The translations under genes were made by a program, and so were the position numbers. Below the pieces are notes generated by a model. That model was not told where the DNA came from. It saw only the letters and a program-made list of their open reading frames with translations, and ran no database searches. A stretch of DNA of 64,000 bases, taken from a virus. Taxonomy: Duplodnaviria; Caudoviricetes. Shown one piece after another: positions 58,787 through 64,000 of this stretch (position 1 is its first letter; every line of letters begins with the position of its first letter). The stretch is from IMG/VR virus record IMGVR_UViG_3300014204_000116, positions 1 to 64,000 of that record. The stretch is one strand, 5' to 3'.

Positions 58787-59206
58787 ATGAGTGAGTTTGA
58801 CCTAGTTTTTCAGGACTTGTTGGCGAGCGAACCAGCGCGCGAGTCTGCCCAGATTGCCCGGCACAAGGAAAAGGAACACTGGAGGATGGTGGCGGGTGGT
58901 TTTAGCCATATTGCAGAAATGGGGGCGGTGCTGGCAGCTCTTGACCGCCCGATCCCCCTTATGCTTGATGGGCCCCCAGGCACGATATTTTATCCTAGCA
59001 TAGCCAGCTTTAGCCTGAAGCCGGTGGTTGAGCAATCGGAAGCTGATGTCATCTATGCTCCATCGGATGAACTTTTGACGCCAGGACATCCAGCCAAGGT
59101 TATGTACGGCCATTACTTGAAGAATCGAGCGCGCACAGTCGCTGTGGATATGAGCGAGGGTAAGTCTCGCCAGGTTATGTGCAGCCTGGAAATGCGATGC
59201 ACTTAG
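58787..59206 (+). CDS. Hypothetical protein
   Basis: 139-aa ORF. Confidence 0.5.
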   Translation: MSEFDLVFQDLLASEPARESAQIARHKEKEHWRMVAGGFSHIAEMGAVLAALDRPIPLMLDGPPGTIFYPSIASFSLKPVVEQSEADVIYAPSDELLTPGHPAKVMYGHYLKNRARTVAVDMSEGKSRQVMCSLEMRCT

Positions 59207-59233
59207 AACTAAGCGGATTCAATTAAACTACGT

Positions 59234-59644
59234 ATGAACGCAGGAAAAGGTGATACACGTCGGCCCACAGACGAGAAGAAAGTCGCTGAGAATTGGCCCG
59301 CCGATCTCGGCCCAGAAGATGGCAAGGTGAAGCGCTTTCACAAAGTCTACGGTGGGTCAGCTACGACGGCGCATAAATTGGTCTGCTCATTTGGAAGGGT
59401 GAACAAGTTCTCGCCTTACATAGAGTATGTCCACCACGGCGCTAAGGTTACGGTCAGAGAAGATCTCAAAGGCACACACCGTGATCATTGCCTGTGCTTT
59501 AGCTGTGCTAAGTTCAGGCCAAACAACCACGGAGAAAACTGCCGAGTTGCCAATGACACGTTTGCCAATTGCGCGAAGCACAACCTCACTACACCCGTAT
59601 TCGAGTGCCTGAATTTTGTAGAAGGAGAACCAGATGCTTCGTAG
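59234..59644 (+). CDS. Cys-rich hypothetical protein
   Basis: CLC..C..F....NC......C...PVFEC..F. Confidence 0.6.
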   Translation: MNAGKGDTRRPTDEKKVAENWPADLGPEDGKVKRFHKVYGGSATTAHKLVCSFGRVNKFSPYIEYVHHGAKVTVREDLKGTHRDHCLCFSCAKFRPNNHGENCRVANDTFANCAKHNLTTPVFECLNFVEGEPDAS

Positions 59645-59963
59645 GCTTATCCAGGCTATCGGCCACTGTGGGGGCGCTCTACTTGGGTACGATTTGTGCA
59701 TTGCATCTTGCCGGGATGAGCACGGTGTCTTTCGGTGGCGATTCAAATGGGCTAGGATCGAAATAAAGCGGAAAACACGTTACGTCCTTGCCTGGAGTTT
59801 CAGGGCAGGGGATAAGACACAATTTTTCAAAACGTACGATTCATACGCCGAGGCACTCCCGTGGGCGGATGCACTCGTTATTCGCGGGGACTGCTCCTGC
59901 GTAGAAATCTGGCAAGAGGATACTGTAGACCGCCTCGTGTCACGACGAACAAAGGTCTGCTAA
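59634..59963 (+). CDS. Hypothetical protein
   Basis: Overlapping ORF. Confidence 0.45.
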   Translation: MLRRLIQAIGHCGGALLGYDLCIASCRDEHGVFRWRFKWARIEIKRKTRYVLAWSFRAGDKTQFFKTYDSYAEALPWADALVIRGDCSCVEIWQEDTVDRLVSRRTKVC

Positions 59964-59974
59964 AGGATAAGCAT

Positions 59975-60313
59975 ATGGATACAAATTCTGATATTCAAGT
60001 GGTGGAAAATGCCGTCGTCACGACTGGCGATAAGCCCGAGGTAGTGGTGGCAGCGCCGGAGAGCCTGGAAAGCCTGGCCGACAAGATCGTGGATGCCGGG
60101 CAGCAAATCCAGGTGGTCAGCGTGGATCGGGCAAAAACGGGTGAAGAGAAAGAGGCGAAAGAGGAGATGGTGGATCATGTCGCCAGGATACCAAATCCCA
60201 GTTGCAAATATTGCTATGGGCGCGGGCACCTGGGCAAGGATCTTAAGAGCGGTCGCTATGTCCATTGCCGGTGCGTTATGACTAAGGAAGAACGGAAATC
60301 TCGCCGGGCTTAG
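59975..60313 (+). CDS. Hypothetical protein with C-terminal zinc finger
   Basis: CKYCYGRG...CRCV. Confidence 0.6.
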   Translation: MDTNSDIQVVENAVVTTGDKPEVVVAAPESLESLADKIVDAGQQIQVVSVDRAKTGEEKEAKEEMVDHVARIPNPSCKYCYGRGHLGKDLKSGRYVHCRCVMTKEERKSRRA

Positions 60314-60336
60314 GGTCTCATTTCGCGCAGTCTGCT

Positions 60337-60380
60337 AAACTCCGTCCTGACACGCAGTTAGGGCGGAGTTTTTATTTTAT
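60337..60380 (+). terminator. Intrinsic terminator
   Basis: AAACTCCGTCCT..AGGGCGGAGTTT followed by TTATTTTAT. Confidence 0.8.
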
Positions 60381-60388
60381 CTTTTTTG

Positions 60389-60417
60389 TTGCACTGCAAT
60401 TGTCGCTCTGCTATATT
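60389..60417 (+). promoter_or_regulatory. Sigma70-like early promoter
   Basis: TTGCAC-N17-TATATT with an extended TG. Confidence 0.65.
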
Positions 60418-60468
60418 CTAGGCAGTGAAAGGCACAGTGTGTGCTCGAAGCGCAAAGAAAGACGAAAT

Positions 60469-61161
60469 ATGAGTAAGACAAAATCAACGAAAAACGGAAT
60501 GGTTCCCCTGGCTTCTACTGGCGTCCCTTTGGCTCCGCCCGAAGTTTCTCCCGAAGTCAACAAGACCTGCCTGGAGATCTCCATCCACGGCGATGCGGTG
60601 ACCCGCTACAACAAGCATGCGAAGGACGAAAAGGAGGCCAAGAAGGCGAAGGATAAGGCTCGGCCCGAGGTCGAGGTCGAAGCCCTGGACGAACTGTTCA
60701 AGTTCAACGTGGAAAACCCGAAGAACGTCAAAACTACCATTAAGGTCACGGATGACGAGGGTGCAAAGGCCAATGTCTCCTTCAAGAATGCCTATGCCCC
60801 ACTTTCCGACGTCCAGGAAGTGCTGAACAAACTGCGCACGCTCGGCGTTAGTGATCCGAACCGCTTTGTCCAGAAGAAGGTCGTCATCGGTTTTGATACC
60901 GATGTGTTCTACGACAAGCTCGACGGAAGCTTGAAGCTCGATCTCTACCTGGCGATGATGAATGCCATCCAGGACGTGGCTGCGAATCACGGAGTTCCAT
61001 CGCCATTCACCAGCCATGAGGTTCTGACCGTAAAGGACAGCTTCCACGAGGATCGCTGGAATATCGGCGCGAATGAATCTCCTGAAAATCGTGCGGATGC
61101 CCAGGCCTGGCTCCGCGAGACGTTCAAAAACACGGTGTCTATCACCCCGGTGGCGCAGTAG
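60469..61161 (+). CDS. Hypothetical early protein
   Basis: Strong G/C third-position bias; start refined to MSKTK. Confidence 0.75.
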   Translation: MSKTKSTKNGMVPLASTGVPLAPPEVSPEVNKTCLEISIHGDAVTRYNKHAKDEKEAKKAKDKARPEVEVEALDELFKFNVENPKNVKTTIKVTDDEGAKANVSFKNAYAPLSDVQEVLNKLRTLGVSDPNRFVQKKVVIGFDTDVFYDKLDGSLKLDLYLAMMNAIQDVAANHGVPSPFTSHEVLTVKDSFHEDRWNIGANESPENRADAQAWLRETFKNTVSITPVAQ

Positions 61162-61223
61162 CGTTAACCAGCGCCCGCCATCCTATGCGGTTAGGGTGGT
61201 GGGCGCGCAACCTCTTCTGGATC

Positions 61224-61982
61224 ATGAATACAACTCAGAAATACGAAAACAGTCTACAGACCGGCGTGCGTTGGGCTTGGTCCAGCGTGGTCGCTATGTC
61301 CTGGGCTTGCATTTTTTACCGCATCTTTCGCACGATATTTCCTGCTCGTAAGGCTCTGTCGGTGCCGGACCCTCGCGACATCGTATCGGAGAACGCCGAG
61401 TATTTGCGCAAGGCAGAGCTTACTGTCGGTAAGTTTAAAGAGGCCCTGCGCGAGGAAGCGGAGATTTTGGAGAAAACCAAGTCTCTGCCTATCGTCAACA
61501 GGCCGACATCCGAGTCGAGCTATTTCGGTGACTTGTTCGAAACTCCAGAAGAGAGTCTACGCCGCCTGATCTCTGGCCTTGTCGTAGTCAGGAAGGATGC
61601 AGCGCGCAAGTTACTTGCACAGGTAGAAGTTCCGACCAAACGCCAGGCAGCACAGGTCAGGCGGCTGGCGGCAGTCCTGGATCGAGACGATGCGAGAACG
61701 GCAGCGCTCCGCGAGAAGTTCCAACGCCAGTTTGAAGAGGATGATCGCCGTAACATCCCCAAGCTGTATGACTACTTGGTGAAGAACGGGCACTTAGACC
61801 CAAGGATCACGCTGGAGCAATTCCGCCGAAGAGCGTACCCAGAGCCGCTTATTTCCGGCAAACCTCTCGACGTAAGCAAGTTTACGGGAGTTCTAAAATT
61901 GGCGGCTGCGATTGTGATCCCGTCCTGGGTTGTTCTGACGATTGCCGCCCGAATAATCGCACCAGAACTGTTCCCATTTTGA
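61224..61982 (+). CDS. Putative membrane-anchored protein
   Basis: Hydrophobic N- and C-terminal segments flanking a charged helical core. Confidence 0.6.
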   Translation: MNTTQKYENSLQTGVRWAWSSVVAMSWACIFYRIFRTIFPARKALSVPDPRDIVSENAEYLRKAELTVGKFKEALREEAEILEKTKSLPIVNRPTSESSYFGDLFETPEESLRRLISGLVVVRKDAARKLLAQVEVPTKRQAAQVRRLAAVLDRDDARTAALREKFQRQFEEDDRRNIPKLYDYLVKNGHLDPRITLEQFRRRAYPEPLISGKPLDVSKFTGVLKLAAAIVIPSWVVLTIAARIIAPELFPF

Positions 61983-62001
61983 CAAAATTCCTGTTCTTAT
62001 T

Positions 62002-62364
62002 ATGATGGCAAGACCAAAAGGTAAACGTGACGTGGCAGAGATAAAATCCGCCATCGAGGAATGTATGGCGGGTGCTACGCTAACGAGTATCGCCGAGCGC
62101 CGAGGAGTGAGCCAGCCGACCATATCCTACTGGTTGCACAAATGGGGTAAGGTGTATTACCCCACCTTTAAATTGCGCAAGCAGGGCCGCAGGCAGGCTG
62201 TCGTCCCAACGAAGCGCGATCAGCGCATTCTTAAGGCCATTGCCTCGGGCAGGACGTTCGGAGAGGTCGCCAACAAGCACCGGATCAGCCGGACGAGGGT
62301 GGCATCCATATGTAAGACCTGGGCTGACCGGGCTTACAAAGTTCCTGTTACACCCGAGGGCTAA
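62002..62364 (+). CDS. Double-HTH DNA-binding regulator
   Basis: TLTSIAERRGVSQPTISYW and TFGEVANKHRISRTRVASI. Confidence 0.8.
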   Translation: MMARPKGKRDVAEIKSAIEECMAGATLTSIAERRGVSQPTISYWLHKWGKVYYPTFKLRKQGRRQAVVPTKRDQRILKAIASGRTFGEVANKHRISRTRVASICKTWADRAYKVPVTPEG

Positions 62365-63200
62365 CTCCGGCCTAGAGCGACTTGCAGCGCGTGCACCAAA
62401 GTGTTGTAAGTAGCAGCCTGGCTAGCACTAAGGCCGTATCCTATACTGTAATACTGAAATGCAGTTGCGGTCGCGCCAAAGTAAGATCCAGCTTCTGCGG
62501 AACTTCCTGTAGCTGAGCCATGGCTTACACCAATTCCGCATGACCATTCTGAGGGCTTAGAGTAGTCCAGCGCGACAGATTCTACAGACGTCCCATTAAG
62601 GTATAGATATGCGTTACTACCTGAATAATGCGTGGTAATTCTAAACCCAGCCGTTGTGCCACTACCACCTGTTCCAAAGGTTCCCCAAGCAAATGAGGGA
62701 GTTGTAGAGTAGTCATTGTAGACTAAATAGTGCCGAGTTGCTACAGAGCTCCTGAATACTCCCATTGGCCGTAGGTTAAATGCGTCCTTGCAATACATTG
62801 CCAGGTGCAAGTTAGTGCCGTCTGCTGATATGTAGTCGAGCCTTACGCCAGAATCGAGATATTTATAAGAAATCGTTGGGATATACCCCGCTGATTCAAC
62901 ATAGTTTGTGCCATTGACAGCCCCGACCATATTGGAAATAGTTGATTGTACCGTTGGCTGATACTTCAGCTTCACCAGAGCTGCCGTAAGATCGTTTCCA
63001 GCAAATACTCCGATATCAAGCAGGCTATCCCATATGCGGGCGGTTTTACACCCGGCTACGAAGGTTCGCACCTTGGCAACTGTGGAATCGCTAACCGTAG
63101 AGCCTGCGGCTATTATTCTAGCTTTCCAGTTGTCAACTTCGACGGTTCCTGACGACGTGGACGCCAAAAACCAAGGGTTCATTATGGTAGTTGGAATCAT
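62361..63200 (-). CDS. Putative tail-fibre-associated / receptor-binding protein (LamG-like C-terminus)
   Basis: FV..CK...IW..L; YLDSG; YLYLNG; S/T/G-rich; coupled to the fibre gene. Confidence 0.6.
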   Translation of the reverse strand: MIPTTIMNPWFLASTSSGTVEVDNWKARIIAAGSTVSDSTVAKVRTFVAGCKTARIWDSLLDIGVFAGNDLTAALVKLKYQPTVQSTISNMVGAVNGTNYVESAGYIPTISYKYLDSGVRLDYISADGTNLHLAMYCKDAFNLRPMGVFRSSVATRHYLVYNDYSTTPSFAWGTFGTGGSGTTAGFRITTHYSGSNAYLYLNGTSVESVALDYSKPSEWSCGIGVSHGSATGSSAEAGSYFGATATAFQYYSIGYGLSASQAATYNTLVHALQVALGRS

Positions 63201-63201
63201 A

Positions 63202-64000
63202 CTATGCCTGGGCTACCCAAGCTGCAACAATATCGGTCTGGCTTTGGCCAAAACAAGTAAGGGACAGGACAGCGTATTTTCCAGCAGTAAGCGTATTCGA
63301 TCCAGCACACGATGTGCCTAGCCACGACCAATTTTCTCCGAAATAGATGGCGCTGGCAGTTCCGTTTGTAGACATTCTTACACTGATCCAATTTCCGGCT
63401 GAGACATTGCTCGTGGCAAAAGATGTTGGTGCGCTGATAGCGATAGAACGAAGTCGAGGCGTGCTGCTTGAGAGATCTAGCGTAATTGTGCCTGTGGCCG
63501 GGAGCAGAGTGCCATATTCCACCATGTCTGACCAGCGTATGTCTCCGGCTGTAGACGAATTCTTTTTAAGTACCTGGCCTATTGTTCCCCCAGTGACGAT
63601 AGAAGAAACGGACGCTGTTCCTGCCCAAGCCGTATTCAAAGCTGACACTGCAATGGAATTGGCAGCACTGGCCGCATTTGTCCCTACCCAAGCTGTATTC
63701 AAGGCTGACACTGCAATGGAGTTGGCAGCTTTTGCAGCATTTGTTCCTACCCAAGCCGTGTTTAATGCAGTTACGGCGGTTCTGTTTAGACTTTTTTCTA
63801 CGTCTAAAGTCACGGACAGAGAATAATCTGCCATGTAATAAGCGTTGTCAGCAGCACTCTTGGCCAAATATGCGGCGTATGTTCCTGCCCAAGCCGTATT
63901 CAAAGCTGACACTGCAATGGAATTGGCAGCACTGGCCGCATTTGTCCCTACCCAAGCGGTGCCCAGCGCTGTAGTGGCAACTGAAAAGGCAGCCGTTGCC
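63202..64000 (-). CDS. Tail fibre protein with 21-aa repeats; 5' end outside the window
   Basis: Frame is open to the window end; GGTIGQVLKKNS...W knob motif. Confidence 0.75.
   Translation of the reverse strand, partial: ATAAFSVATTALGTAWVGTNAASAANSIAVSALNTAWAGTYAAYLAKSAADNAYYMADYSLSVTLDVEKSLNRTAVTALNTAWVGTNAAKAANSIAVSALNTAWVGTNAASAANSIAVSALNTAWAGTASVSSIVTGGTIGQVLKKNSSTAGDIRWSDMVEYGTLLPATGTITLDLSSSTPRLRSIAISAPTSFATSNVSAGNWISVRMSTNGTASAIYFGENWSWLGTSCAGSNTLTAGKYAVLSLTCFGQSQTDIVAAWVAQA
63617..63960 (-). repeat. 63-bp coding tandem repeats (ALNTAWxGTNAAxAANSIAVS)
   Basis: CCCAAGC(C/T)GTATTCAA(A/G)GCTGACACTGCAATGGA unit near 63625, 63688 and 63889; partial units near 63751 and 63952. Confidence 0.9.

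Larger units (their letters stand above)
9371..61997. promoter_or_regulatory. Dispersed middle-promoter motif (T)GTTCT, in three cases TGTCTAC-N10-WGTTCT
   Basis: Before SbcC (9371-), chaperone (21698-), 23844-, primase (23879+), GroES (25001+), 26268-, SbcD (28062-), 28313+, 29569-, GT9 (36389+), HTH gene (61992+). Confidence 0.65.

Noticed and set aside
63617-63960. CRISPR array
   Set aside because: The units are in-frame 63-bp coding repeats without unique spacers, and there are no cas genes.
1-64000. Alternative genetic code (TAG or TGA recoding)
   Set aside because: Long intact ORFs in code 11; TAG cleanly ends the portal and UvsW-like genes and TGA ends many others.
62361-64000. Diversity-generating retroelement acting on the fibre genes
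   Set aside because: No reverse transcriptase and no TR/VR pair with adenine-specific mismatches was seen in the window.

Overview
This window is a 64-kb segment of a large tailed dsDNA phage with a contractile tail and distantly T4-like gene content, in the standard genetic code. Structural genes include a portal, neck and tail-terminator candidates, tail sheath, two tube-like genes, tape measure, gp5/VgrG-like spike, gp25, hub, tail chaperone, large wedge and fibre proteins. They are interleaved on both strands with replication and recombination genes: an intein-containing UvrD-like helicase cut by the left edge, SbcC and SbcD about 18 kb apart, an RNase H-like 5'-3' exonuclease, a primase, a UvsW-like helicase and HU. 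Accessory genes include DUF932, a tandem GroES, a GT9 glycosyltransferase, a PAPS-reductase-family protein, an Acb1-like 2H phosphoesterase and a Lar-like protein, plus a block of small early genes at 53.5-62 kb. No major capsid, terminase, tRNA or CRISPR array was recognised. Most notable observations: (1) a ~750-nt, densely hairpinned intergenic region with nested 5'-3' closing helices (39.54-40.30 kb), a candidate new large phage ncRNA; (2) a short helical motif shared by many unrelated late proteins, including the Acb1-like protein, suggesting a capsid-targeting or protease-processing system; (3) three promoter classes (sigma70-like, GTTCT, GTAGTTA) that sort with gene function; (4) a probable +1 frameshift (TTT TTT CGA) in the tail chaperone. 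All family assignments come from motif recognition by eye; no searches or folding were run.
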